From Clostridia bacterium (GTDB taxonomy: Bacteria > Bacillota > Clostridia > UBA1212 > UBA1255): a stretch of 64,000 nucleotides of DNA. The notes beneath the pieces were generated by a model. The model was not told the DNA's origin. It worked only from the letters and a program-made list of their open reading frames with translations, and searched no databases. The translations under genes and the position numbers were made by a program. The stretch is from contig JAZQDE010000036.1 of assembly GCA_045546695.1 (NCBI GenBank), positions 46,035 through 110,034 on the forward strand, in the 5' to 3' direction. Of this stretch, positions 21,030-30,984 are shown piece by piece; the first letter of the stretch is position 1; every line of letters starts with the position of its first letter.

Positions 21030-21051
21030 TCAACACCTTTGGGGTTAAAAT

Positions 21052-21083
21052 AAAAAAGCCTTACATGCTTGTTACATGTAAGG
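21052..21083 (-). terminator. Riboswitch expression-platform terminator
   Basis: ccttacatg-taacaag-catgtaagg followed by cttttttatttt on the minus strand, between the aptamer and the permease gene. Confidence 0.8.
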
Positions 21084-21114
21084 AGACCATAATCAATTAT
21101 TTTTGTAATTGTTT

Positions 21115-21298
21115 ATGCTTCCCTACGCCGACATTAATCGGATCAAGTAATGAGGGTTTGTCACCGGTGACATTCTCAGCCGCTTGTTCGTGCCTGCGCT
21201 TTTGGCGCCGGTCTGGCGCTCGTTGGCGCCGGTTGGCGCTTTTGGCGCGGGTTGGCGCTTTTGGCGCGGGGTCGAACTTTTAGCAGCTCCCCTAGCAT
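21115..21298 (-). promoter_or_regulatory. TPP riboswitch (THI element) with enlarged P3
   Basis: Minus strand ATGCTAGGGGAGC..GGCTGAGA..ACCCT..ACTTGATCCGATTAATGTCGGCGTAGGGAAGCAT; upstream of ThiXYZ-type genes. Confidence 0.9.
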
Positions 21299-21356
21299 GT
21301 GAGTTGATTATAGCACTAGGGCTTGGGGGTGTCAACGGGGTTGGATGGGGCTGTGG

Positions 21357-21830
21357 GGCTTGTTCGCGGCTCGGCTGGGGGCCGGGATTGGCTTGTCCAC
21401 GGCTCGGCTGGGGGCCGGGTTGGCTTGTCCACGGCCGTTTTCGGTGAAAAGTTTGCAGAAAACCACAATCTCTGCAAACTTTTTGGCTTCCAGGGCTTGT
21501 CCGCGGCCGTTTTCAGTGAAAAGTTTGCAGAAAACCACAATCTCTGCAAACTTTTTGACTTCCAGGGCTTGTCCACGGCCGTTTTCGGTGAAAAGTTTGC
21601 AGAAAACCACAATCTCTGCAAACTTTTTGACTTCCAGGGCTTGTCCACGGCCGAAAAACAGCCTCAGTTTGTTAAATCGATGTGCTTTTAACAAACCGGC
21701 CGCCCTCCGACGCCGAAAAAGGCTTGTCCGCGGCTGAAAAACAGCTTCAGTTTGTTAAATCGATGTGCTTTTAACAAACCGGGCGCCTTCTGACGCCGAA
21801 AAAGGTCGAAAAAGGCTTGTCCACGGCCGT
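21357..21830 (+). repeat. Modular tandem repeat array: 2 x about 32 bp, 3 x 72 bp and 2 x about 83-93 bp, each unit starting GGCTTGTCC(A/G)CGGC (first unit with one mismatch)
   Basis: Unit starts at 21357, 21390, 21422, 21494, 21566, 21638, 21721 and 21814; internal hairpins aaaagtttgcaga/tctgcaaactttt and gtttgttaaa/tttaacaaac. Confidence 0.92.
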
Positions 21831-21907
21831 TCTGTGCAGGGGCATCGGCTGAATATTTTCAACGGAAACAGAATAAACTACTATCAAACAATTAGCAGGA
21901 GTAGATT

Positions 21908-22429
21908 ATGAGGCGTTCTGTTGGATTATGGCAATTATTGGGATTCGGGATCACGGCGGTGGCGGGCACGCTGCTGCATTTCTTGTATGAGTGGACCGGA
22001 AAAGCGGTGATAGTGGCGCCTTTCTCGGCAATAAACGAGTCGACGTGGGAGCACATGAAACTGCTGTTCTGGCCGTCGTTTATATTCGCGTGTTTCCAAT
22101 ATCCAGCATTCAAAAAACACACAGAATTCTGGTGCATCAAGCTAAGAGGAATTATTACCGGACTCGCTTTGATACCGGTGATCTTCTACACGTACAACGG
22201 GGCAATCGGAAAATCACCGGACTGGCTGAACATTACCATTTATTTCCTGTCGGCGGCGGTCGTGTATATATATGAAACGAGGCAATTTCGGAAAAAGCCC
22301 GAAAAAAACGGGACAGCTTTTAATTTTCCTGAAATTGCCTTTATAGTGCTCATAATAATAGCAATAATATTTGTTGTTTTCACTTTCGTGAGACCAGATT
22401 TTGGAATATTCAAAGATCCGGGCCAGTAA
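21908..22429 (+). CDS. Conserved membrane protein (DUF6512-like)
   Basis: GTLLHFLYEWTG..NESTWEHMKLLFWP; multiple TM segments; AGGAG RBS. Confidence 0.75.
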   Translation: MRRSVGLWQLLGFGITAVAGTLLHFLYEWTGKAVIVAPFSAINESTWEHMKLLFWPSFIFACFQYPAFKKHTEFWCIKLRGIITGLALIPVIFYTYNGAIGKSPDWLNITIYFLSAAVVYIYETRQFRKKPEKNGTAFNFPEIAFIVLIIIAIIFVVFTFVRPDFGIFKDPGQ

Positions 22430-22486
22430 ATCACGGAGCAGTAAATCACGGAGCAGTAAATCCCGAGGCAGTAAATCACGAGGCAG
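22424..22486 (+). repeat. 15-bp tandem repeat x4 (CAGTAAATCACGGAG)
   Basis: Units at 22424, 22439, 22454 and 22469, spanning the gap between two convergent stop codons. Confidence 0.9.
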
Positions 22487-23549
22487 CCGCTTCCCATTCG
22501 TGGTCGTAGTAATCGTCCGTCAGGTAGTTGGCAACTTTTTCCGGAGAGTCAAATTCAGAAGGCGAAAGATAAACGGGAGATGCGAACTTGCCGTGGGTTG
22601 GGATAAGTTTCCAGCCGGAAGTGTTCTCGAACGTTGCTTTTGACAGATCAGGGCATTGTGAAAAGGCGCTGTCGCCTATGTAGGTAACGCCGGCGGGAAT
22701 GGTAATTTCTGTCAGATTGTCAGAATAATAAGCAGCGAAACGATCAATAGTTGTGACGCTTTGAGGCAAAACGAGTGCGGTCGGCTCGGCGACTGAGTAA
22801 AAGCGCAGGAAGGTTGTGCCGTCGCGGCTGTAGAGATTGCCGTCGATTGAGCGGTAAACAGCGTTGTTTTCACTGACATCGACACCACGAAGGGAATCAC
22901 AAAACATAATCGATTCGTAGGAAATATCGGTCACCGTGGATGGAATGGAAATATATTCCAGTGCGGAGCAGTGCCACATAGAATACCTGTTTATGGAAAC
23001 AACGCCGGCAGGAACTTCGAAGGTTGTCTGTTTTTTTGCGGGCGCGTACAGGACAAGTTCCTTGCCATCTTTTGTATAAATCACGTTGTCAACAGAGGTA
23101 AAATATGGATTGGCCGGGTCGACAGTAAGCTCCGACAAAGAAGTACAGCCATCAAAAGACCAGCCACCGAGGTGTTTTACATTTTTTGGAAGGTGCAAAC
23201 TGGTAAGGGCCGTGCAGTGTGAAAAGGCAGAGCCGGAAATAAACTCGACGGTCTCGGGAATGGTAACACTTGCCAGAATCTGGCTATCTTTGAAGGCCTC
23301 AAAGCCAATTTTCACAACCGGTTTGCCGCGATATTCTGAAGGAATAACAACATCCACCATCTGCCAAATGACGCCGGGCTTTTCACCGGCAATATTCGAG
23401 CCGGTCACCTCGTAGCCGGTCCTCTCCTCGTTCAACTCAAAATCGAGCCACACACTCGACGAGTCCCTGACGCGACGCACACAGGCGCAGAGACTGAGCA
23501 AGACTGCGAAAATGAGAATAAATGCAAAAAAGGATTTTACGGGCTTCAT
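22476..23549 (-). CDS. BspA-type leucine-rich repeat lipoprotein
   Basis: Lipobox LCAC; repeated TIPETVEFISGSAFSHCTALTSL / IGDSAFSQC. Confidence 0.88.
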   Translation of the reverse strand: MKPVKSFFAFILIFAVLLSLCACVRRVRDSSSVWLDFELNEERTGYEVTGSNIAGEKPGVIWQMVDVVIPSEYRGKPVVKIGFEAFKDSQILASVTIPETVEFISGSAFSHCTALTSLHLPKNVKHLGGWSFDGCTSLSELTVDPANPYFTSVDNVIYTKDGKELVLYAPAKKQTTFEVPAGVVSINRYSMWHCSALEYISIPSTVTDISYESIMFCDSLRGVDVSENNAVYRSIDGNLYSRDGTTFLRFYSVAEPTALVLPQSVTTIDRFAAYYSDNLTEITIPAGVTYIGDSAFSQCPDLSKATFENTSGWKLIPTHGKFASPVYLSPSEFDSPEKVANYLTDDYYDHEWEAAAS

Positions 23550-23571
23550 GTGGGGACCTCCTTCCGGTATT

Positions 23572-24504
23572 TTACATGCGGGTTGCCATTTCCTGGATGT
23601 CTTCGAGCTTGAATTCCTTGCCGAGACACTCAGGTGTAACGCCTGACTTGCCTACGTTTTCAATAACAGCATATACAACGCCGGTTTCTTTGCCGGAGGT
23701 AGATTTGACCAGGAGATTGGTAAGTCCAACGGTCGCATTTGCAGCAAATCCAACACCACCATTTCCCAAGGAGGTTACGTCCGGCATGCTCATGGAGATG
23801 ATGCCGCCACAAACAGAGCATTTGAAAAGATAAAGATTTCCTTTCCAGGACATCTGAGTGTGCACAGATACCGTCCAATATGGGTTCTGAGTGCAGCAAA
23901 GAGGACATTTCGGAAATGTGCGGTTTACAAATTGTTGCGGCACTGATCCGGATAGACCTTCTGCCCTGATAAACTCATACTTCTTGCTCGAATCATACGA
24001 GATACCGGCCTCGAGGGGAGAATATTTCTTCCAGTCAATGTCAACAAAGCCACCGCGCGGGGCCTGGTTTGCCTGCGGCGGAGCCTGGTAATTATTGGCA
24101 GCAGGTCTGTATGCAGGCGGTGTCTGCGGTGTCTGCGGAGTCTGCGGTGTCTGCGGAGTCTGCGGCGTCTGTGGTGTCTGGGGGGCGTGTGGTGTCTGGG
24201 GCCTCACTTCTTTTTGCCTGCCCTCAGCTCTTCTCCTTTCATAACGAAGAAGCTCGATATGCTTATTCAAAAGGCTCATGCGTATTATTCCCGTTAAAAA
24301 AAACGGAATTCCCACTCCGAAACCCACCAAAGCCAGCAAAATAGTAAATCCGTTACTGCTACGCAACACAAACATTCCTGTATAATAATTAAAAAGCATT
24401 GCTTCGGCTAAAAAAGCCGACACTGCGCAAAAAACTATACCTACAATCATCCTTTTTTTTGCAGAAGAATGTTCTTCTATCAAATCTTCTAATTTCTGAT
24501 CCAT
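23572..24504 (-). CDS. Hypothetical membrane protein with (PQT)n linker and Zn-ribbon-like C-terminal domain
   Basis: 2 TM segments, about 8 PQT repeats, CPLC..CSVC; GGAGG RBS. Confidence 0.65.
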   Translation of the reverse strand: MDQKLEDLIEEHSSAKKRMIVGIVFCAVSAFLAEAMLFNYYTGMFVLRSSNGFTILLALVGFGVGIPFFLTGIIRMSLLNKHIELLRYERRRAEGRQKEVRPQTPHAPQTPQTPQTPQTPQTPQTPQTPPAYRPAANNYQAPPQANQAPRGGFVDIDWKKYSPLEAGISYDSSKKYEFIRAEGLSGSVPQQFVNRTFPKCPLCCTQNPYWTVSVHTQMSWKGNLYLFKCSVCGGIISMSMPDVTSLGNGGVGFAANATVGLTNLLVKSTSGKETGVVYAVIENVGKSGVTPECLGKEFKLEDIQEMATRM

Positions 24505-24596
24505 GCCGAGCCTCCTATTATATTTTTCCTTTATAAGGCATTATAGCACTATTCCCCGGTGAAAAGCAACGCAAAGCCGCAGGTGAAAATGCCCTC

Positions 24597-25022
24597 TCAT
24601 ATCAGCACGCCGTTGCAGTGGTCGACCTCGTGCTGGATAATCTGCGCGGTCCAGCCGGTGAAAAGCCTGGTGTGGGTCTGCGTGGAAAAGTCCTGCCAGC
24701 GGACCTTGATTGTTTTGAAACGCTTGCAGGGGCGCGCGCCGCCAAGCAGCGAAAGACAGCTTTCGGCGGTGTCGTACGGGCCGCTTTTGCTGACAATTTC
24801 AGGATTGAACATGACTGTGTAAACGGGCAGCGGGCTGCTGTCGTCAAGAAACGCAATGATGCGTTTGCGGACGCCTATCATGTTGGCGGCCATGCCAACG
24901 CATGTTTCACGGTGCGCGCTGAGCGTGTCGAGCAGGTCGCGCGCGGTTTGAATATCTTCTTTTGTTGCGGGCTCCGACTTTCCGGCGAGGAAAAGCGGGT
25001 CGTGAATAAGCGGTCTTACCAT
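24597..25022 (-). CDS. def: Short peptide deformylase
   Basis: GMAANMIG, ESCLS (EGCLS variant), QHEVDHCNG. Confidence 0.88.
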   Translation of the reverse strand: MVRPLIHDPLFLAGKSEPATKEDIQTARDLLDTLSAHRETCVGMAANMIGVRKRIIAFLDDSSPLPVYTVMFNPEIVSKSGPYDTAESCLSLLGGARPCKRFKTIKVRWQDFSTQTHTRLFTGWTAQIIQHEVDHCNGVLI

Positions 25023-25402
25023 GGTGTTTCCATAATCCTCCTGAGTATCTCCTCATCCGCCGGGCAGAAGTCATACAAGGGAATCTCGCGCGGCGTTATC
25101 CAGCGGATATCATTGTGTTCGAGCAGCTTTGGCACGCCCCCGGCAATCGTTGCGTGAAACAGCGTCAGATGTACGCTCAGGTCGGGGTACTCGTGGACAA
25201 CGTCCATGAAAACGTCGCCGACCGCCAGGGTGACAGCGAGCTCCTCCCGGCACTCGCGCAACAGCGCCTGCTCCTTTGTTTCGCCCGGCTCAACCTTGCC
25301 GCCAACGAACTCCCAGAGAAGGCCCCTCGCCTTGTGCGCCGGGCGCTGGCATATCATAAATTTATCCTTGTCCCATATCAGGGCCGCAACCACTTCGGTC
25401 AT
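25016..25402 (-). CDS. NUDIX hydrolase (MutT/NudG-like)
   Basis: Nudix box GGKVEPGETKEQALLRECREEL. Confidence 0.92.
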   Translation of the reverse strand: MTEVVAALIWDKDKFMICQRPAHKARGLLWEFVGGKVEPGETKEQALLRECREELAVTLAVGDVFMDVVHEYPDLSVHLTLFHATIAGGVPKLLEHNDIRWITPREIPLYDFCPADEEILRRIMETPW

Positions 25403-25550
25403 AGTGTCACCTGCTTTGCTTTATAGATGGTTGGTGAATAGATAATGCTGTGTAGCATGATAATCTTGGTGAAAATATTATAGCAGGATGGGGTGAAAGT
25501 GTGCAAGAACGATATCTCTTTCCTATCATTAATTATCATTATAGCCATTT

Positions 25551-26376
25551 TTAATTGAGTTTAGGCGCATGTTCCAGTATTGTTCTCTCCAAAATTTTTA
25601 TCGGGTCGTATGAGAGACTAAAATATTCTATAAGTGTGTATGTAAAAAATTCCTCAAAAGATTCTGAGCTTTTTAGCTCATACAGTGCAATTAGTTTTTT
25701 ATTTCCACCATGTTTTGAGTCCAGGTAGTTTCCCCATCTTTGAGCGACTCCTTCAACCCCGGTTGCAGGTCCTATATACAGTTTACCAGTATTGGTCTCT
25801 GCCAAACAATAAACACCTGTAATTTTTTTAAAGCCTCATAAGATGTTGACAAAATCCGTCCAGAAAATATATCAGCCAATCGATGATAAGGTAGATGAAC
25901 TTTATCATATCCCTCAAATTTTTCGCCATCATATAAGCAAGGAGGAATTTCTTTAACAGTGGCCTGCTCAAGATACTTACTAAGATTAAATACATACCTT
26001 GAAAATGTGTTTCCTTTTTTTACATCTGATAATTAATCTTCCAAAAAACGGTGCAAAGCGATTTAGAACGTTTACAACCGCTACGGAACCTGGCGGAACT
26101 TCTTTATTTTCCGCCACGGATAGCAGTATCCATTCCTCATCGCTCATACGAGCAAAGCTGAATACCCATTGCCCCGGGTAAAAGTTTCTCTTTTTTCCAT
26201 ACCATCCCCAATAGGAGCAATCCGAACAGTACCATTCATTTTATCTATAGTATTGTGCCTAGGCCATCTATCGAGAAATTGTTGGCCTCTACTCCCCGCA
26301 CGCATATTAAATTCGATTTACTATTATTAATTTCCTTATCTGTGAGATTAAGAACAGTATTCAATTGTAATTCCAT
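25551..26376 (-). pseudogene. GIY-YIG nuclease family, multiply frameshifted
   Basis: Fragments MELQLNTVLNL.., YWGWYG..PGQWVFSFAR.., GVYCLAETNTGKLYIG..QRWGNY lie in different frames. Confidence 0.7.
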
Positions 26377-26419
26377 CTTCTCGCCTCGCAATCCTTTTTT
26401 CATAATATACTTCTATTGT

Positions 26420-27790
26420 TTAGTCTTCAATTTCTTTTGGCGCAGTAAGTAAAAATTCTTCCAACTGCCCCGTCATCAATTCATGTTCCCCTTTATGCAA
26501 AGCAAATTCTTCTGTCTGCATATATTTACCCATCGAAGCAATGTCTGTGTAAATAAATGATATTTTAACAGAATAGCTCTTTTTATTCTCTTCGATAAGG
26601 TCTTCATTTATAATTATTAAAAAACATTTTGGAGTTGTGGTTGAAATGCAAAATGGTTTTAATCTCCATTCATTTATTTTCATTTGAACATTTATAGCAT
26701 TTCCCGCTCCATGATTAAAAATTTTATATTCTAGTAGATATTTCTTTTTAAAGAAATCCCCCATTTTATCATTAAACAAGACCTCGTCTATTGGGTCAAC
26801 TTTTTCACCTTTATCAATTTTTCTTTTAGTTATTATTAATTGTTTTACCTCTTTAGGAATATCTCCATTATAAATTAGCGATTGTTTCTGAAGTGTTATA
26901 TATGTAGTGTCTTCTATCGGTAAATCGGAAATATCTTTATAGGCATAGCTATTGCTTTCCAGATATGGTCTAATTGATAACTTTCGTTCTTCCTTTAATT
27001 TTTTCGAATTATCTTTAATAGTCCAAGCAACTCCTACAAGAGTAATTAACCCTCCGAAAACAGCGCCTACAATTGTAAATATAATTTCTTGTAGCGTTCT
27101 ATCTGGTACCAAATAAATCAGATACACTGTAATTGCAAGTCCTAAAATAAAATCTTGTATCAACAAAAACATATTCTTGTCATTTGATTTTAAAAAAGTT
27201 TGAACGAGATTATAGAAAACAACAACGATAGCTGTCATTCCAAAAACAAACTGTAACCATAACCATATAGATTGATTGTTATTTGTACTTTGCCAATACT
27301 TAAAAATTGACATATACAGCAAGTCTAATATCCAATAGAAAACGATTAGTTTATAATACCAGTCCTGCTTGTTTTTGATTTCGTCTTCTGTGTACGATTC
27401 TCGTTCTATCACATAAGATTTAACACCTAAAACAAACGAAGGGGCAGATATCGCGATAAACATAAATGCTGCCCACCACCATGTATAAGAAGTTGTATAG
27501 TAATTTATTACAAACACGCTACCCAATAACACTATACACGGCAATAAAGTTTTTTTCGATATGTGGTTTACCCATTTGATTTTGCTGATTATTTCTTCAC
27601 GTTTAATAAATCTCACTGATTCGATAAAAAAAGCAAAACATGAGGGATACCAGATTATTTGGGCTATTACACTATTTAATATTCCATTAAGAAAAGGTAT
27701 GACAAAAAATGCAATCATAGCTAGTATTTGTATAGCAGTTTTTATAATGTTCAATGTTTTCTTTAATATTGTTTTAAAGTCTTTTTCCAT
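26420..27790 (-). CDS. Hypothetical multi-TM membrane protein with soluble C-terminal domain
   Basis: 456-aa AT-rich ORF with about 8 hydrophobic segments then a soluble domain (NHGAGNAIN). Confidence 0.7.
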   Translation of the reverse strand: MEKDFKTILKKTLNIIKTAIQILAMIAFFVIPFLNGILNSVIAQIIWYPSCFAFFIESVRFIKREEIISKIKWVNHISKKTLLPCIVLLGSVFVINYYTTSYTWWWAAFMFIAISAPSFVLGVKSYVIERESYTEDEIKNKQDWYYKLIVFYWILDLLYMSIFKYWQSTNNNQSIWLWLQFVFGMTAIVVVFYNLVQTFLKSNDKNMFLLIQDFILGLAITVYLIYLVPDRTLQEIIFTIVGAVFGGLITLVGVAWTIKDNSKKLKEERKLSIRPYLESNSYAYKDISDLPIEDTTYITLQKQSLIYNGDIPKEVKQLIITKRKIDKGEKVDPIDEVLFNDKMGDFFKKKYLLEYKIFNHGAGNAINVQMKINEWRLKPFCISTTTPKCFLIIINEDLIEENKKSYSVKISFIYTDIASMGKYMQTEEFALHKGEHELMTGQLEEFLLTAPKEIED

Positions 27791-27862
27791 TGCAGTACCT
27801 TTCTTTCTGTTAATTTCACCAACAGAATGTTGTCATCCAATCAAATGTTTTAGAACAAATCC

Positions 27863-27938
27863 ATCTTCTTTTGCTACGAGCTCCGACTTTCCGGCGAGGA
27901 AACGCGGGTCGTCAGCGAACGGTCTTACCCTAGTGTTT
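27863..27938 (-). repeat. Degraded duplicate of the def 5' end (24954-25029)
   Basis: Shared gctccgactttccggcgaggaaa.gcgggtcgt..cggtcttacc; start codon mutated. Confidence 0.85.
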
Positions 27939-27965
27939 TTTACATCACATACATTGCTCATATAA

Positions 27966-28679
27966 TTAAAACCATTCCTCATTTTCAGTAAAGTATGATG
28001 CAGTTACTAACTCTAACGGTTTTACTTTTTTATCATCAAATCTAAGTTCTAAATTATCCATAAGGAACTCAGCTCTATTCCTAGGAATTACAACTGCAAC
28101 AGATATATCTGCCAAAGAAGGAATATCTGTTTCCTCATACTCTAACACACTTTTATAAAAAATTTCTTTTATTCCACTTTGTTTACGTATGCCCCTACCG
28201 TCAAGACACGAAGAGGTTCCCATATCAGGAAAAATATATCTCCACATTTTTTTTGGAACAGATGTTATTCTTGCTCTCCCTTGAGACAATTTAGCATATA
28301 CAATATTTGAATCCGGTACCTCTTCTATCCCTTGAAAAACAAATCTTGCTCGTTGTTTTGTTCCATATAAAACCCGATCTCCGGGATTTAACGAACAAAC
28401 TATGTTTTCTGAATTTGCTTGGTTATAAACAAGACATACTGCCATGGCATAAATAATTGCAATTGCATCAAAACATACAGATCCTGTATGTAGTACTATG
28501 CCAACATTGTGCTTTTCTTTGTTGATGGTTCTAAAGAAATAATCAGCAAAAGATTCTAACAGTAATTCTTTTGAAATCTCTTCCCCTTCTAAGATCACGC
28601 TACATTTCTCTAGTATTTTTTTTTTAGTGCTTCTATTGCTTTTTGCATTGGAAACCTCCCTATCCAAATGAACAAACAC
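27966..28679 (-). CDS. Hypothetical protein, probably an N-terminal fragment of a larger defence-island protein
   Basis: 237-aa ORF directly downstream of the R-M operon, ending next to the def relic. Confidence 0.5.
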   Translation of the reverse strand: MFVHLDREVSNAKSNRSTKKKILEKCSVILEGEEISKELLLESFADYFFRTINKEKHNVGIVLHTGSVCFDAIAIIYAMAVCLVYNQANSENIVCSLNPGDRVLYGTKQRARFVFQGIEEVPDSNIVYAKLSQGRARITSVPKKMWRYIFPDMGTSSCLDGRGIRKQSGIKEIFYKSVLEYEETDIPSLADISVAVVIPRNRAEFLMDNLELRFDDKKVKPLELVTASYFTENEEWF

Positions 28680-28895
28680 CTAAATATTTTTACTTAATAT
28701 TTTTTACAGGCTAAATATAAATAGCATTTCTTTTTATAATATAAATCAACCATTCTCATATCATTGTCGTTTTATTTTTATTTAAGAAGTATTATAACAC
28801 ACTCATATTAACTTCCAAAACAAGGATATTACGCATCCATTCTCCAAACGGTAAATTCTTCCCTTTTTCTATGGTAATCGGTTAAATTAATAGCT

Positions 28896-29987
28896 TTACT
28901 TAATAAACCTAACCTGCAAATTCAATTTAATAAAGTATCTGCCCTCTTCTTTATAAATACTTCCAAATTGATGTCTTGCGGTACTCGCAGTTTCGAATCT
29001 TGTGTTTTTAATGAGATAATTTTCAAATTCGTTACGATTAAATAAGTGATAACAAAGAACTTCTCCATCCTCACGGACAATAATATATCCACCTGTTGCA
29101 TCTATAGTTCCATCCCAAACTGTCGAAGGAAGCATTCCCAATGCACTTTCTGATAGTAACTTTTTAAACTTGTATTTGTAAAACGGATGTCCCTTTGAAA
29201 GGTTATATTTCATTGGATTTACATCAGTAATATGTTCAATAGCACTTTCTATTGTATTGATACCTGTAGAATAATACTCCTTAAGCATATATGCGCAAAT
29301 TCTGGGAAGGTCACCATCTATCAGCAGAAGATTGCTTTCAAAAACATCATTTTCCATGCCAATATATTTTAAATTGCATCCGTTATCTTTAAGGTAATCT
29401 AATTTTTGCTTGAATTTTTTAGAAATAACTTCAAATTCGCTCATGATCTTATCATTACAATCCCCGGTGATTTCATATATGAAATTTGTTGTTTTTCCGG
29501 CATTTATAAGCGTTGATGCGCTACCAAGTCTGGATTTAATACTAAAGCCTTGTACTGCCTCATATCCGGTATTAAGATCATGAATTTTGATACGAATATC
29601 AGATTTATCATTTGACTTCGCCTTTAAAGATTTAACATTAATTCTGTCTAAAAATTCTTCTGTGTCTTCAGATACAAATGAAGTAGTATTTGCAGATACA
29701 ATATCACTGTAAAGGTTGTTTGAGACATTTGCAAATTCAGAAAATGGAACATCAATTAAAATTTTATTTGTTTCTGTATTATACACAGAAACTCTTTCTT
29801 CTGTACGATTAATTCTGAACTCCAGTACGCCCACTTTCTCTGATCTTACAATATTGATTATATTATAAAAAACATCGTCAATCTTATTCAGATCAGCATC
29901 TGCTGCATAAAGTTTTCCTACTTCTAACAATCGAAGAAATACATATACCTCGCTCCATTCACCTTTATTTCCAGCAAGTTTAGGCAT
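28896..29987 (-). CDS. Type II restriction endonuclease, HpaII family
   Basis: GNKGEWSEVY, KSDI, GFSIKSRLG..STLINAG, LGMLPS.VWDG, KLNLQVRF; overlaps the MTase stop. Confidence 0.85.
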   Translation of the reverse strand: MPKLAGNKGEWSEVYVFLRLLEVGKLYAADADLNKIDDVFYNIINIVRSEKVGVLEFRINRTEERVSVYNTETNKILIDVPFSEFANVSNNLYSDIVSANTTSFVSEDTEEFLDRINVKSLKAKSNDKSDIRIKIHDLNTGYEAVQGFSIKSRLGSASTLINAGKTTNFIYEITGDCNDKIMSEFEVISKKFKQKLDYLKDNGCNLKYIGMENDVFESNLLLIDGDLPRICAYMLKEYYSTGINTIESAIEHITDVNPMKYNLSKGHPFYKYKFKKLLSESALGMLPSTVWDGTIDATGGYIIVREDGEVLCYHLFNRNEFENYLIKNTRFETASTARHQFGSIYKEEGRYFIKLNLQVRFIK

Positions 29988-30984
29988 TATCCAAGACCTC
30001 CTTAACCTTTTCTGCAATGGCTTCAATTACGTTTACTGTAACACTATTACCTAACTGTTTATAAAGGTGTGTATCTGCAAGAGGTAAAACAAAACTATCC
30101 GGAAATCCTTGAAGTCTAGCCCATTCTCTTGGTGTCATCTTGCGAATACCTTCTTTATTAACCGTACCTTTGATATTAGTCATCGGATTGAGATTTTTTT
30201 GTCTTTTATCAATAACCAAATTTCTTTCTCTTCCCATTCCTCCACAAACAATCGCACCGGCAATTTCATTCCAGCTTCTGATTTCATATCCAAAACCATT
30301 GCCTTTTGCCTCGTGACGCGCTTTATGTTGACGTAATGTTTCAAGATACACATCACTTAAATAATACTTTGACACAACCGGGTTTTCTTCGCGAATATCA
30401 AGTAACCGTTTAGTATTATCGGTCATTTCCGGAAAGTCAAATGAATCCGGTGCGATATCATTTCTAAATGCTACCACATAGATTCGTTCTCTATTTTGAG
30501 GAACACCGAAATTTTTGCTGTTCAGCACTTTAAAAAACACTTTATATCCTATTTTTTCAAGTGTATTACATATTATCTTAAAGGTCCTTCCCCTATCATG
30601 TATCACAAGGCCCTTAACGTTTTCACAAAAAATAACTTTAGGCTTATGATATTCACACAAACGTACAACATCAAAAAAAAGAGTGCCTCGGCACATGCCT
30701 TTATAATTGTCATCAAAGCCCATACGCTGACCGGCAAGGCTAAACGCCTGACACGGAAAACCCGCAAGACAAATATCAAATGTAGGTACTTCTTTTTCAT
30801 CAATTTGTGTTATATCTCCGGCAATTTCAAAATCGTCATTGTAGTTTGCCCTGTATGTCTTCTGTGCATGTTCATCCCATTCACTAACAAAAACAGTTTG
30901 GATATCATCGCCAAACGCTCTATCAAAGCCAAGGCGGATTCCACCTATTCCGGCAAAAAGATCTATTGACTTAAGTTTATTCAT
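29980..30984 (-). CDS. DNA (cytosine-5)-methyltransferase (M.HpaII-like)
   Basis: DLFAGIGG, GFPCQAFS, ENVKGL, PQNRER, YKQLGNSV. Confidence 0.95.
   Translation of the reverse strand: MNKLKSIDLFAGIGGIRLGFDRAFGDDIQTVFVSEWDEHAQKTYRANYNDDFEIAGDITQIDEKEVPTFDICLAGFPCQAFSLAGQRMGFDDNYKGMCRGTLFFDVVRLCEYHKPKVIFCENVKGLVIHDRGRTFKIICNTLEKIGYKVFFKVLNSKNFGVPQNRERIYVVAFRNDIAPDSFDFPEMTDNTKRLLDIREENPVVSKYYLSDVYLETLRQHKARHEAKGNGFGYEIRSWNEIAGAIVCGGMGRERNLVIDKRQKNLNPMTNIKGTVNKEGIRKMTPREWARLQGFPDSFVLPLADTHLYKQLGNSVTVNVIEAIAEKVKEVLDNA

Noticed and set aside
19789-21048. Long antisense or alternate-frame ORFs (419 aa +, 335 aa -) over thiXY, and similar shadow ORFs elsewhere
   Set aside because: They overlap well-supported genes and have no recognisable motifs.
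21316-21737. Four overlapping ORFs over the 72-bp repeats
   Set aside because: They are open only because the 72-bp unit is a multiple of 3; no RBS or protein-like features.
21422-21830. CRISPR array
   Set aside because: The sequences between anchors are themselves repeated rather than unique spacers, and there are no cas genes in the window.
21357-21830. oriC (TTGTCCAC resembles DnaA boxes)
   Set aside because: The boxes deviate from TTATCCACA, there is no dnaA/dnaN or AT-rich unwinding element nearby, and gene orientation does not switch here.
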